The translations under genes were made by a program, and so were the position numbers. Positions 51,360 through 64,000 of a stretch of DNA of 64,000 bases are shown in pieces. The notes under the pieces are model-generated. The model was not told the DNA's origin. It did no database searches and was given only the letters and a program-made list of their open reading frames with translations. This stretch comes from Antedon mediterranea (Eukaryota > Animalia > Echinodermata): the NCBI RefSeq assembly GCF_964355755.1, contig NC_092671.1:36094304-36158303 (forward strand), given 5' to 3'. How positions within the stretch are numbered: the stretch's first letter is position 1; the number at the start of each line of letters is the position of its first letter.

Positions 51360-52330
51360 TGACTCTTATAGAGCCACATTAACCAGTTGAATAAAAGGGT
51401 CGAAATTTGGCCAGTTTTCCGAAATTTTCCCTGTACAGGGATTTATTCGAAAATGGCCAAAATATCCACTTTTTAAAATTCAATAATTATGCGATAATAT
51501 TGCCATATATATTAAGTTATAATCATCTTATAGAGCCATAGTAACTAGTTATGTCAAAAATAAAAACGTCGAAATTTGGCCATTTTCCTAAAATTTTCCT
51601 GTACTATAGTACAGGGATTTTTTCCGAAAATAGCCAAAATATCCACTTTATAAAATTCAATAATTATGCGATAATATTGCTATATATGCTCATATATTGT
51701 GTTATCATCATTTTATAAAGCCATAGTAACTAGTTATATGTCCAAAAATATAAGGGTCAAAATTTGGCCAGTTTCAGAAAATTTGTTTGAAAATGGCCAA
51801 AAATCCACTTTTTAAAATTCAATAATTATGCGATAATATTGCCATATATGCACATATATTATGTTATCATCATCTTATAGAGCCATAGTAACTAGTTATG
51901 TCAAAAATAAAAATGTCGAAATTTGGCCAGTTTCCGAAAATAGCCAAAATATCCACTTTTTAAAATTCAATAAATATGCGATAATATTGCCATATATGCA
52001 CATATATTATGTTATCATCATCTTATAGAGCCATAGTAACTAGTTATGTCAACAAATAAAAATGTTGAAATTTGGCCAGTTTCCGAAAATTATGCAATAA
52101 TAATTGCAATATACAGTATGCGCATATATTGTGTTATCATCACTCTATAGAGCCATAGTAACTAGTTATGTCAGAAATATAAGGGTCAAAATTGTTTTAA
52201 ATTTTCAAAATATTGATTTTTAAAAACATGTAAACTGTATTGAGCCTAGTAACATGCACAGAACACATTATGTGATTCTGCGCATGTCACATGATATAGT
52301 AACTAACTATGTCAACAAATAACAAGTTTG
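51360..52330 (+). repeat. Degenerate tandem satellite, unit about 120-190 bp, about 6 copies
   Basis: ATAGAGCCATAGTAACTAGTTATGTC...GAAATTTGGCCA...AAAATTCAATAATTATGCGATAATATTGC recurs near 51369, 51529, 51716, 51877, 52026 and 52147. Confidence 0.9.
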
Positions 52331-52672
52331 GCAATTATTTTGTGTTATTATCATCTTATAATGTCATACAACCAGGTTAACATCATTCATTTTTGCAATT
52401 TATTAAATAATTTCACCATGGTCTAATAGAATATAATAAAAATGGATAAAATGACATAATAACAGTGCCATGGTTAATATTAGACCAAGGAGTTGTAATT
52501 AGGACCCTCTGATTAGAATACAAATTATGGAGGTAAAAGAATACAACTGCAATTGAAATTGTTTGGAAAATAAATAAATATGATTCTTTGTTATTTCATA
52601 ATATTATTAATAAATAATGATTTTAATTAAGGCTATTATTATGCTGGTTATGAAGTCCTTAACCTTTGACCT

Positions 52673-55600
52673 TCATCTTGGATATATTGTCCTGAATGTC
52701 AGGTTGATTCTTGCGTCTCTGTCATGGTACTCCCTCGGAACTCGGTGCTACGGAAAAAACAAATTAGCTTAAATATATTGATAGTTAATTTAACTACTGC
52801 CAAGTACTAGATAAATTGTAGCTCTGTCTACACTGTCGAACTAGTTTGACAAAAAAAGTGTGATGTGCCTAAATATGGTAGTGAAATACCCAAATATGGT
52901 AGTGATATGACATCATCATGTCCATATATGGGTAAATCACATTTTTTTTTGTCACATAAAGTTTGATAGTGTAGAGAGAGCTTAACATAATATATACAAG
53001 TTTCAAGTTTCATAACATTTATTTACAAACTCTGACATAAAAGATGATAAAATACAATGCAATAACATAATGATATAAGGTCAGAGTTCGAAGGTGACCT
53101 GAAAGATGAAGAAAAACATCTTGTATTCATATTGCCACCATCTGAAGTTGGGAGGTGATTTTTTTTGTCAACATCGATCTCTATCTATTTTCGAGATGTA
53201 AGGAGTGCAGTGTGTGACGTCATTAAGCGGTATCGCATGATGGCTATGTGAGGGGAATCCCTTTTCCATTCATAAAAAAATTTTTAAATGATGACCACAG
53301 ATGGTCGTACAATGGCTTAAATATCATAAATTTGCTTGTGTGTAAGTAAGCCTTTTTGTTATATTTTAATGCAGAAAACCTACATACACATCAAAATTCC
53401 GTTATCTTTGTAATCCGGGAGAAATTGTGAAAACACCGGAGAACAACTTTAGGCCGGGAGACGAGTCTAAAATATGGCAGTCCCCCGGCCAAAATGGGAG
53501 TGTTGGCATGTACGTGTATTGCGCGAGCCTTAAAAAAAGAAATGATAATGAATAGGACATTTAAAAAAAATAAATACATTTTAAAGAACAGTTAGTTGAT
53601 TCTTACCTGCCAGTCTTCTTGAACAGATCCTGTCATCAGTAACAAGCTACCGTTTGTCAAGTTGATTTGCTTCTTGTCAGTAAACTCATAAGTATCTTCA
53701 GGACACTGCAACGAAAATGAAATTATCACTTAAGTCATATAAACTTGTTATATCTCACTTAAGATAGAGGGCACCCTTTTTATTATTTATCATTAGATTG
53801 TAGTCACTAAAGCTATATCTACACTATCAAACTAGTTTGACAAATAAAAAGTGTAGTATGGTAATGATATGCAAAATATGGTAGATATGACATCATCATG
53901 TCCATATATGGGCACATCACATTTTTTTGTCACATAAAGTTTTAGTAAAGTATTGTAATTCTGGAAAAATGAAGGTTTCGAGTTAACATCTTGGTTGGGG
54001 CAGCTTTTTCTTATTCTTACAGATCTCGTCATCTTTATCGTTTCTGAATTGATTAATTTTTAGTATATCACCGAACGGTTTAGAATTTGTTCTGTACCTC
54101 TTAATTTATAAATATAATATATATGGCATACTGCACAAAACCATATTTATAGATTTATTTAATTTTCAGATGTCGTATATAATACATATAGATATCTATG
54201 ACACACTCAGAAAACATAAACTTACCGTAGGATTCTTTCGTAACTGAAAAGCTCGCGTTTCTCCAAACGACAGCGATGCTATTGTAGGATTTTTACCAAG
54301 AGAGTATTCACTATCACTATGCCACGCAACGCCATCACGTCCATCTCGGTACAAATTTCCCAGCATTGAGTTGAATTTTAAGTCAGTCTTTTCTTTAATT
54401 CTTGTCCGCAAATCTTCAAGCACAGGATGCCACTAATTGTGAAAAAAAGGGTAATAGAAATTTATTAGTAACAGCAGTAGAAATTGCTAACCTTTTATAG
54501 AATATCATGGTTGTATCATGGAGGTATAAAATTAGGTTGTATATTACCTTTAACATACCATAATATACTCAGTTTTGTATATTTTACCGATCATTATTTA
54601 TTGCATTTAATATAACGCTCAGTAATTACATAAAGTGCATTCACTGGCACTGTGTACAAGATGGTAAAATGGAAAAAGAAAGTTTAGAGTTTAGCCACTT
54701 CTCTTAAGCTCTGTCTACACTATCAAACTAGTTTAACAAAAAAAGTGTGACGTGTTCAAATATGGTAGGTGATATGCCCAAATATGATAGTGATATGACA
54801 TCATCATGTCCATATTATAAGGGCACATCACATAGTTTTATCACATAAAGTTTGATAGTGACAGAGCTTAAGAATATGATTGAGAGGCAATTTCTATATA
54901 TATATATATATTTCCCTCTTGTAGTGTGGTGGCAGAAATACTAATGATGGCATTATCTATTCTGTCAATTTATGAATTTTAAATTTTGATTTTGAATTAT
55001 TGTGTTTATTTACTGTACATAGAAACATAGAAATTATAAACCTTACCACTTTTGTAGCCTCTTGTGTTACACCTGAGTATTTATATTTGATATCCCCATA
55101 CCAGACTGTTAACCTAGGCTCTTCAAACTCTCTATCATCTATAAATAAAATTTAAAATATAATAATAATAATAGTTCATTCTATAACGCATATAAGCAAG
55201 CTCTCAATGCGCTGCACCTTATTACCCCGGTCATTTTTTGGATCATACACGTATGGAAACATACTCGCATAATGCAGCTAGTAATCAGCGCAAATTTGTG
55301 TCTTGATCTAACTGGTACCCATTTTATACACCTGGGTGGAGAGAGGCAAATGTAAATAAAGTGTCTTGACTAAGGATACAAGCAATGCGGTAAGAGTTTG
55401 ATTTGATTTGAACCAGAATCTCACGGTCAGTAATCCAGCGTCCAACACACTGTGCCACACGCTCTCACTTCAAATCATATTTTCCTAATTAATGAGTATG
55501 AAATCAAATTGATTTAATGTAAATATTTGGTTTATATTTCATTATAATTTATCAATTCACGTACCCTTTTTATTAATCTTCTGTGACCATGGTAACTCAT

Positions 55601-56761
55601 CAGATAAACGGTTAAATATTTTTAAAGCCTCATCCTTTTTCAAAAAATCTGGATAATATTCAATTCTAAAAAGTATTGTGAAATGAATTATATAATTGTA
55701 TATTGCATAATAATAATAATAATTATTTCTAGGCATTATCATTTTTAGGATACTGTATACAAAAAGTACAAAAACTGCTTTTTGTAGACAGAACAGGGAA
55801 AATGACTCTTAACTTAAGCACTGTCTACACTATCAAACTTTATGTGACAAAACAAGGCTATATACAATGGCTGCAGTCGCATGTTCAAATTTGAGTTAGT
55901 GTTTACCAACCAAACGACTGATATAATGAGCGGTAGAGTCGCGCTTGCACACAACTAAAAATGTGATGTGCCCAAATATGGACATGATGATGTCATATCA
56001 CTATCTTATTTGGGCATATCACTACCATATTTGGGCACATCACACTTTTTGTCAAAATAGTTTGATAGTGTAGACAGAGCTTTATTCTGGTACATAATAT
56101 TAAATAATAAGAAACTTACATAGCTTCTCCTGTAGGCTCGTCACTGATTACATACTTTCCTTCACCTCTAACAAAATAAAAATTAAAACATTATTAATTG
56201 GATAAAAGCAGTGAAAAGTGTCAACTGTATACATATTATTTATTATAAATGTATATATATTTTTAAAATTTTTTTAGTAAAATTTAAGAATAATCTAAAG
56301 CTCTGTTTACATTATCAAACTATTTTGACAAAAAAAAGTCATCACATTTTCTTGTCGTAAAACTTTGATAGTTTAGACAGAGCTTTAGATTTACAGAAAG
56401 TGTTTTCCAAAAGTATTCTGTAGAGTGTTATTTATGGTGCACCAGCCTTATAGAAGACGTTTGAAAATAAATCAATTTGTTATCAAGCAAAGAAAATAAA
56501 ATATATCGTCTTATTCTTAATAGAAATGTCTTACTCAATGACATCATATGTTGTAGGCTGCCTTTTATCAAGGTTTTGGTCTGTGAATGTTAGTCGCTCC
56601 CCTCCATATGGCATATGTTGTGTTGAAAACCTGCTGCTAAGTGATTCCTGACTGCTAGCCCCTACATTTCTTGGTGGTGGCTTGCCGGGTCTGGCTACAG
56701 CCCGTCCCCTACCAAAAGAAGCACCTTGAAGTCTTTGTTGATGCTGACGTTTGTTTGACAT
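52673..56761 (-). CDS. ALKBH3: Alpha-ketoglutarate-dependent dioxygenase AlkB homolog 3, 282 aa, 7 coding exons
   Basis: Exons 56761-56535, 56167-56120, 55665-55565, 55138-55047, 54432-54226, 53705-53607, 52747-52673 (849 nt). Motifs EPRLTVWYG, FNSMLGNLYRDGRDGVAWHSD (HxD), IASLSFG, QEDWQHRVPREY and RINLTFRTIYP. Confidence 0.93.
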
Positions 56762-56879
56762 ACCACCAATAAAATTAATGGAGACTGAAAATAAAAGAAG
56801 AAGAATTATTATAATATTATGCAAGCTAGAATGGAATATTAATTTAATTATCATTATAATATTCCATATGTTCAACTTT

Positions 56880-57750
56880 TTCCTCTAGGCCTATATCAAA
56901 ACACTAAGCAGCTACACCGCAGTCGCCTCCTTCACTCATGTGAGACGATGGATCTCGTCGTCACAATATTTGAGTTAGTAGAGGTACTGGTAGGCCTAGG
57001 CCTAGCGATGACGTGTACCACACTGTCCGACGGAAAAAGTATAGTATTTAACCAAATAGAGTATAAAATGCACTTATAATACATTACACACATTTAATTA
57101 CAATTACTTATCTATGATAACAACAACATTAAATACCAGCAGTAGTAATTATATGCAAGAGCAAAGCTCAAAACATTGGTTAACTGGGAATTTCCACTAT
57201 TTTTTTTCTCAATCTGTAAGATAACATCCTCTAGAGGGCAGCAACACTAAACCATAATACAAAACATTTTTTTGAGCAAACAAAACAAAAACAAGTTCTT
57301 TAAAGGGATTCCCCTTTAAAGTAAGTAACGTCATATTGTTGCCGGTGTCTAGGCCTATGCTGCAGTGCAGCCTGTTGCTACTGCGGTTTCGTACCCACCA
57401 TGTATTTTCCGTGTAGCGTACTAACGAGTAAACTACTACTAGGCCTAGGCTGGGCCCTAGCCTACTTTTTTATATATTATATAGAGAGACCTGCAGGCGT
57501 GCCGTCGTGGCGCGCGTGGTATTACTAGAACTTCTCTTATTAGGCTAAACTAGGCTACCTAGGGATTCCACCTAGATAGAGGCCTAGACCTCCCTTTATT
57601 AGCTAGTAGATGTGTAGCTAACTATAATAGCCTCCTACCTATAGCAAGCCTGGTATTATTGTCAGGCGTTTCTTGTAAATGTAATGTCTTTGAATATTAA
57701 AATAATTATTAATAAATTATGAAAATGTGTTGTTTAATAATAATTTCACA
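56880..57750. promoter_or_regulatory. Candidate bidirectional promoter / 5' non-coding exons between ALKBH3 and BORCS5
   Basis: Head-to-head start codons are about 1 kb apart. The region has CpG-richer patches and TAGGCCTA clusters. Both ATG-containing exons are preceded by acceptor-like sites, implying non-coding first exons. Confidence 0.5.
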
Positions 57751-57773
57751 GATTTCTAATTTCCCATCTCACT

Positions 57774-59673
57774 ATGGGAGCACAGCAGAGCCAAAATCTG
57801 CACTCTCTTCCTCCACTCATATCAGAGGATGTTCCTTACACATCATACTCAATTGAAAGACAAAAGACACAGAAAGGTTTGTTAAAGTTCACCTATTAAT
57901 GCTACAACTCTTTAGTTACTACAGATAACATGTACAATTTCAAAGTACAGTATTAATATTTATAATAATTTGTGTACAATTTTTAATTCCGATGAATTTA
58001 GATTCAAGAGATGCTCCCCAGAGAGTTCAGTCGGCGAGTAAGTCATGTGACATCACTCCTAAAGCCAGCGACATTGTTGTAGTCGCTGATGGGTCATCTC
58101 CAAAACGAGATTCCGGTTTAAATGCTGAACTGCAAAAGATGCAAGATATACCAACCTTTTTGCCAATTATGAGAGGAACCCTGAATGTACCAAGTATGGA
58201 AGATCCTAATGTATTGGATAAATTAGATTCAAGGTACAGTACAATTTTTTTATGCATATTATTGTACATTTTTTTGTATTTTTTTTTTTCTGTAATGTAA
58301 CTTTTTACTATATGTACTACAATCATTTCAGACTTGTTCTGCTTTTTGTAATGTTTTTTATATACCGGAATAAATAAAAAAAATATAAATAGTGGTACAT
58401 TAGTAAAGTATAGATACTGCAAACACAGAAATAATAATTAAATTTAGGATTTAGAGCTTCCCAAAAGAATCAAACCATTGTATAATAAACACAAAATTAT
58501 GTTTATTTGTAAGCCAACTAAAATATCAAATAATTTTGAATTTCATTTTATAAACAGACTGCATTTTGTTTGACATCATGTCCTGGGAGCGATATTTCTT
58601 TTCGTACATAAGTTGGGGACCCCTCGTGAAACGTCACAAAATAAACATGAATATTCATTAATCATATCCATAAGGTGTGACGTAAGAATTCAGCTAACTA
58701 CAATTCGCTAATGCAAACGATTTCTGTCGAGCCTTCTGTGTAGTCGAGTGGATAAGACTATGGACTTTACATGTCGATGTATGGGGTTCGACTCCCATGA
58801 GCTACTTCTTTTACTTTATAGTGAGAGAGAGATTATTTAGAGGGTTAGGTTTAGTTATATTTAGGAAGTAGTTCGGCTATCTTTCACATGGGGTCCCCAA
58901 CTTATGTACGAAAAAAAAAATCGCGTCCTGGGACCCCAAAAACAACAGTCACCATAACGTGATATGTCTGGGGGCCCCCAGAAGAACTTACATAAAATTA
59001 ATATTTTTTTCTATACATACAATGAATAGATATAACTAATTAATAATTGACTAATTAATCTATTGAATGGATTTTAAAAGCCTTTAGTACACAATGTTGA
59101 AGACTGGGCTTTAGAGTATGATTGTAAGGTATGTGGTTTATTATTGAACATTATTGTAATTTGTTGGCGTTTTTTTTTCTAGTAAACTTTATGCACTTTC
59201 ATTACGATATCAAGAACATTTAAAAGCATGCTCAGAAGCAGTGACCTTTGACCAGAATTCCTTAACACATCGAGTGAAGGAGGTAAGTATGTGTGTACAT
59301 ATTCACCAGTAGCACTATGCAATTGGCTCATGGAGGTGTAAAATTATGATTTAGGGTTCCTTGTACCCCTTGTACCCTTTCCCTCCCCTCCCCCATGTCC
59401 TGCAGAAAAGTAAACACCAATTATTTCTAATATTTTTTTCAGATTGATACAGAAATTATTTCAATAACAAGTACACTATCTGAACGACAGAAGAAATTCG
59501 CAAAATATGCTGAACATATACAAAAAATAAACGAGATGTCGTCAACAGTAAAACGTATACAGATGTCTGTCGATCAACTTATACCGACAATGAACATGTT
59601 GAATTCAATGCTACCGGAATCTGAGAGATTGGAACAGTGTAAAATGAAGAATGAGCCAACTGAACGAAGGTAG
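57774..59673 (+). CDS. BORCS5: BLOC-1-related complex subunit 5 (myrlysin/LOH12CR1), 221 aa, 4 coding exons
   Basis: Exons 57774-57876, 58002-58233, 59183-59282, 59443-59673 (666 nt). N-terminal MGAQQS myristoylation-type start, DIVVVA, IPTFLPIMRG, RYQEHLKACSEAVTFDQN and LNSMLPESERLE. Confidence 0.9.
58589..58924. mobile_element. 336-bp TIR element with 9-bp TSD (MULE-like) containing a tRNA-like segment, in BORCS5 intron 2
   Basis: GCGATATTTCTTTTCGTACATAAGTTGGGGACCCC pairs with GGGGTCCCCAACTTATGTACGAAAAAAAAAATCGC. GTCCTGGGA is duplicated at 58580-58588 and 58925-58933. Confidence 0.85.
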
Positions 59674-62600
59674 CATAGCACGTGGTGCGGAAGAACATTA
59701 CATTAGACTTTAAGCTTTGTCTACACTAAAGTGTGATGTGCCCAAATATGGTAGTGATATGCCCAAATATGGTAGTGATATGACATGACATTTCCATATA
59801 TGGGCACATCACATTTTTTTGTCACATAAAGTTTGATATTGTAGGCAAAGCTTTACTTTCATTGCGTCGTCAGCACCTTTTTATCATGATTGACTGATAT
59901 GCCAAATGAAAGACACACAAATTTGATTAAAAAAAAGACTACCAACTGAGCATCTTAGCCATCTAGAAAGTGAAAATATTAATATTATGAAATACTGTAA
60001 ATGTATGTATGTTCTGTTTGTTGAATAAATTTATTGAGTAGAGAGCATTTCTTGTGATGTATCACTAAATGTATGTAATTTCAGCCATTAGTAGGCTAGC
60101 ATAAATAAAAAAAAAATTAATATAGGCTGTTGCAATATTGACTGTAATAAAGTATACATAACAATCATAGTAAACCATATGCTTTTTTTAAAGGTCAGTT
60201 GTACGAAAAATTGATCATACATTCCAATAATTATTGATCTATAGTTTCCTCTATGAGATTTTATTTGTGTTACATGATCTTGTTGAAAATAAAAACTTTC
60301 TTAACCAGTGGGTTGGGGGTGGGGGAATAGTTCAAATTGCACAGTAAAATCTCTATTTTGTACACAATTGTTGTCAATATAGGCATTTTTTAGACTATGA
60401 AAAATAAACGATGTGGTAAGAAATGTTACCAGATGACTAAATATAGATAATATAACTTGAATTTTACGTTTCATTTATGTACAATAATCAAATATTATAT
60501 TTAAAATTCATGCCTGTACATGAGCTTCAAAGTAAGTAAAGCCCGCCACCTATTATATAGCGAAAAGTTTTTGCGGGAAGGCCATCGCATAAAAAAGTAT
60601 TAGTCGACATTTCAAACCCTTTATTTGTTAATATTCTTAGTTTGAGCATGTTCAAGATTAGTAATTTAGAACTAAAATGTGTAAAATCGAAAGAAGATAA
60701 TAGGCTAAATAGTGGTAAAGATGAACTTTAAACGTCACAAACAAAAAGAAACTATTTGGATCGAAAGAGCAAAAGTTCTAACCAGTGTCTGGCCTGGCTT
60801 AATGAGTAACCACCGCTGATATCTCATTATTACGGTATTCAATTGCCGTGTGTATTGGCGTCGCAACTAATAGTTACTGTTCTTTGGAAATGGAAAGTTG
60901 GAATAGACTTTATGTGGTATAAATGAGGTAGTATTCGGTGGAGTTTGATACCGCAAAACGTGTACATGCATCGGACAGTTTAGAGATACTGGAGGTTAAC
61001 AAGATCGTGAAGTGAAAGACATTACAGAAAAATACTCGCAATATTCATTCGAGACTAACATTAACATATTGAATACATTATGCGTGGTTCCCACTGGCGA
61101 CGCAACACAAGGACGTAACGCAACGCAAGTGAATTGACCAATCACAAGCGATGGCTTATTCGCTTAGTGTTGGTAACTGTCTATAACTTCGCTTGTCATT
61201 GGTTAAAACGCTTGTCTTGCGTTTATGTCCTTGCGTTACGTTCTAGTGGGAACCAAGCTTACGTGGTAAATTAACGGTACGATGTATAACTTATACTCGT
61301 CCTATTTTACTTTACGGCCATCGCACCCTGTAGGCCTAGTTGACATGGCATTCTCAGTGTTCTGTATCTCTATATGACATTGTTTTTCCCGTCATAGGTA
61401 TGCATTACGTAATACGTATCACACGCGGTGCCTGTATCATGGGTGGCCCAGATTAAAAGTTAGGTCAGCATCTATAGGCCTATATGTAAAATATGTGATG
61501 TTGTATCATGGAGTTTGATTGATACTGGATACATTTAGTAGATACAGTACTGAAATCAGCTATAGATTAAGTAAAAGGCTATTTCCGAATTCGACTAGAA
61601 ACCAAATAAAACCATGTACCCGAAATAATACGTTATTATTCATTAGAAATTCCTAGCAAAATTGAAATCCTTTGGGGCACAAAAAACAGTGCATTAATGA
61701 TAGGCCATAACCAAAGGCAGCAAATAGCGAAAGACATGGTATATTGATGTGGTGGCCCTTTGCTTTTCCTAGTGATATATAGCCTACACATCATCAGTCG
61801 TCCTTAACATTAATATAAGTTCATACATGACCTACATTTAACTGTATATAGAAGTTAAATTGAACATCTTCCAAAAATATTCAACATTTTCCACTTTGTT
61901 AAACATTTAAAAATATTTTAAATATAATTAGTTGATATGATCTTGAGTGTCTGTTAGAAGGAGACAATGTCTAATTTTTTTTCTGTGGGAACATTCCCGC
62001 GGCCAATCGCCCTTTTCAAGGACATGCTGAAAACCTAGGCCTACTTTATTTAATAATAAAAATGTTGAGAAATTAAAAGTGCAAAATGTAGATATTACGT
62101 AAGTACGTGTTGAAATATAATACAACTTCAACATTTAAATTAGTATACAAGAACTTTTTACTTTCAAAATATGATGAACGTTAAATATGTTGATTGTAAT
62201 TGTTTGTAACTACTGTGGAATAGCGTTGAACCGAGAATTACTTGCGTATTTTTTCGCAAGTATTCTCAATGTAACGTCTCAAATTACGTCAGAGTAGGGC
62301 AAAACATCTGACCAGTTAAATATATACTTCATAAGACCAGTTAAGATCGGATAAAGTGGTTTAAATAGAAATTGTAGCTCTGTTTTCTTTTATTTATTAT
62401 TAGTTTATGTATTTTTTTTCTTTTTCGTATTTATTGTTATATCTTGGGCTGGGTCAAACTTAAAGTGTTTCTGACTTATATGACCCTCACCCCACATGAT
62501 TACTTCATTGTATTTATTATCTAGTATGTTATTGTGTATTGTGGAAATAAATTAAATTGAAATTGAAATAAATATAATAAAATATTATAAGAAGATAACA

Positions 62601-64000
62601 TAAAGAAATAACATCTATTTCGTTATTGAAATTAGCGGATGTGACGTAATTGATGTATGAATCACTGGAAATTAATAACATAATTAATAACAATTGAAAC
62701 AGAAACCCACAGTTCGTTGTTTATGGGAAATATGAATTAATCACATTATGTAAGTTAAGGCATAGGCCTACTGTTAAACAGGAAAATCATTGTAAGTTCG
62801 GAGGACGACCAATCAGAGAAGAGTATAAGTAAAGAGTTGAAAGGTCAAATAATGTGTGGCATTATGTAAATGATACCATCGATGATTACGAGTAATTTAC
62901 ATACTGTAATAAACGTAGTAATTTAACGAAGAAAACTCTAAAGCTCTGTCTACACTATTACACTTTATATGACAAAAATGTGATGTGCCCATATATGGAC
63001 ATGATGATGTCATACCACTACCATATTTAAGCATATCTCTACCATATTTGGGTACATCACACTTTTTTTGTCAAACTAGTTTGATAGTGTGGACAGAGAT
63101 TTCAATAAAGCAAGATGTAGCAACAGAAAGACGGTGCGAGAAAGAGGAAGGAATGATGCTAAATAAGGACAGGACCTACCGACCAACCGAAAATGTTCAT
63201 ATCACTGCACAACGAAGGCTGTTTGAAGCGTCTCCGTGTAAAATATTGAATATAAAATACAAAAAAAAAACAAAGGCTGGGTTTTCTATTTACATAATTA
63301 TCAATAGGCCTACAATCCGGACCGACCGATAAACAGCCAATGTACACCTAATATGCTTAAATGTACACCGCTGACTCAACAAAATGTTATTGTAAAACGG
63401 TAGCAATAGCTGGATTACAAGAAAACGGTCTCTTTGTGTTCTACAACAGAAACACCATTTACAACTTAATTCAAAGATTTACTGATCTAAATGATGACAC
63501 GTGTAAAACACGAAATAATGTACGAACCGCAACGAACCGCAAAATCACAACCAAAGAAAACCTTGTATCAATAAGGACACGGCTTCAAAGAAGATTAGAA
63601 TCAATTAAATTAGATTGGTGAAAAATTTTACCAATTCTAAACTTTGTTCAGCACCTTTGTCCTGTCAAAACGACAATGATTGATATAAAATGTGAATAGA
63701 AAATCAAATACTCTTGCTTTTGTTCTACACCTAAATAACACCTGGATTCAATTTCCGTTGAATTTTACTGAGAAAAAGCTCCAATAAAATGGTTAATGAA
63801 AAAAAGAATGGCTTTGAGATAAAAAAAAAATCCTTAGGAGGCATAATGAAATGGTGTGTCTGTGGTAGATAACTGTCAAATCAAGTAACGTCCAAAATCT
63901 CGGTGGTAAACCGAACACATGGTACTTGCAGTTATACGATTACTGGCAAAAGCTTAGCTAAAGGCAGTATTCAAACTCCATTTTATACAAGTTTATTAAA

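Larger units (their letters stand above)
1174..63100. mobile_element. Dispersed PIF/Harbinger (Tourist-like) MITE family, about 22 copies of about 90-200 bp (span gives first to last copy)
   Basis: TIR AGCTCTGTCTACACTATCAAACT...AGTTTGATAGTGTAGACAGAGCT flanked by TTA/TAA, with internal 21-bp subrepeats ATATCACTACCATATTTGGGC. Copies start near 1174, 8968, 10088, 11629, 15749, 19964, 29288, 30657, 34824, 37381, 37885, 38746, 44548, 49120, 50335, 52820, 53810, 54707, 55817, 56299, 59713 and 62942. Confidence 0.88.

Noticed and set aside
58738-58806. Possible tRNA-Val(TAC) gene
   Set aside because: The acceptor stem does not pair, the anticodon stem has a mismatch, and it lies inside a TIR element, so I treat it as a tRNA-like remnant.
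62985-63332. Recurring peptide PIYGHDDVISLPYLGISLPYLGTSHFF in several short ORFs (34818, 37336, 50257, 52828, 53832, 62985), suggesting a small gene family
   Set aside because: These are translations of the non-coding MITE in variable frames, with indels and no consistent start or stop.
60540-64000. Possible additional gene or decayed retroelement at the window end (e.g. ORF 63361-63621)
   Set aside because: I could not build recognisable motifs or a consistent exon chain. Only MITEs and a possible LINE 3' tail (about 62440-62570) are visible.

Overview
AT-rich, intron-rich animal genomic DNA, probably a marine invertebrate deuterostome such as an echinoderm (inferred from gene similarity and repeat types, not proven). 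I reconstructed five spliced genes by hand from GT-AG sites and reading phase: (1) an LMBR1/LMBR1L homolog (+, 2504-17411, 11 exons, about 505 aa, with one probable U12-type intron); (2) glucose-6-phosphatase (-, 25402-23425, 4 exons, 359 aa); (3) a protein I cannot name (+, 25795-48632, 18 exons, about 687 aa) built from repeated (D/K)PWGKPGGGAP motifs, which resemble a CSPP1 motif, and carrying RFX X-box-like sites, so a likely ciliary or microtubule protein; (4) ALKBH3 (-, 56761-52673, 282 aa); (5) BORCS5 (+, 57774-59673, 221 aa). Genes 2/3 and 4/5 are head-to-head pairs. Two CR1-group LINEs lie in introns, one with an intact 1026-aa ORF2. There are about 22 copies of one PIF/Harbinger-type MITE, several other TIR elements with readable TSDs (9-bp MULE-like, 8-bp hAT, 6-bp hAT-like, TTAA Kolobok-like), tRNA-derived SINEs and several tandem arrays. 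There is no CRISPR array or prokaryotic system. The best candidates for novelty are the PWG-repeat protein with its X-boxes and one-motif-per-exon layout, and a 9-bp-TSD TIR element carrying a tRNA-like Pol III cassette.
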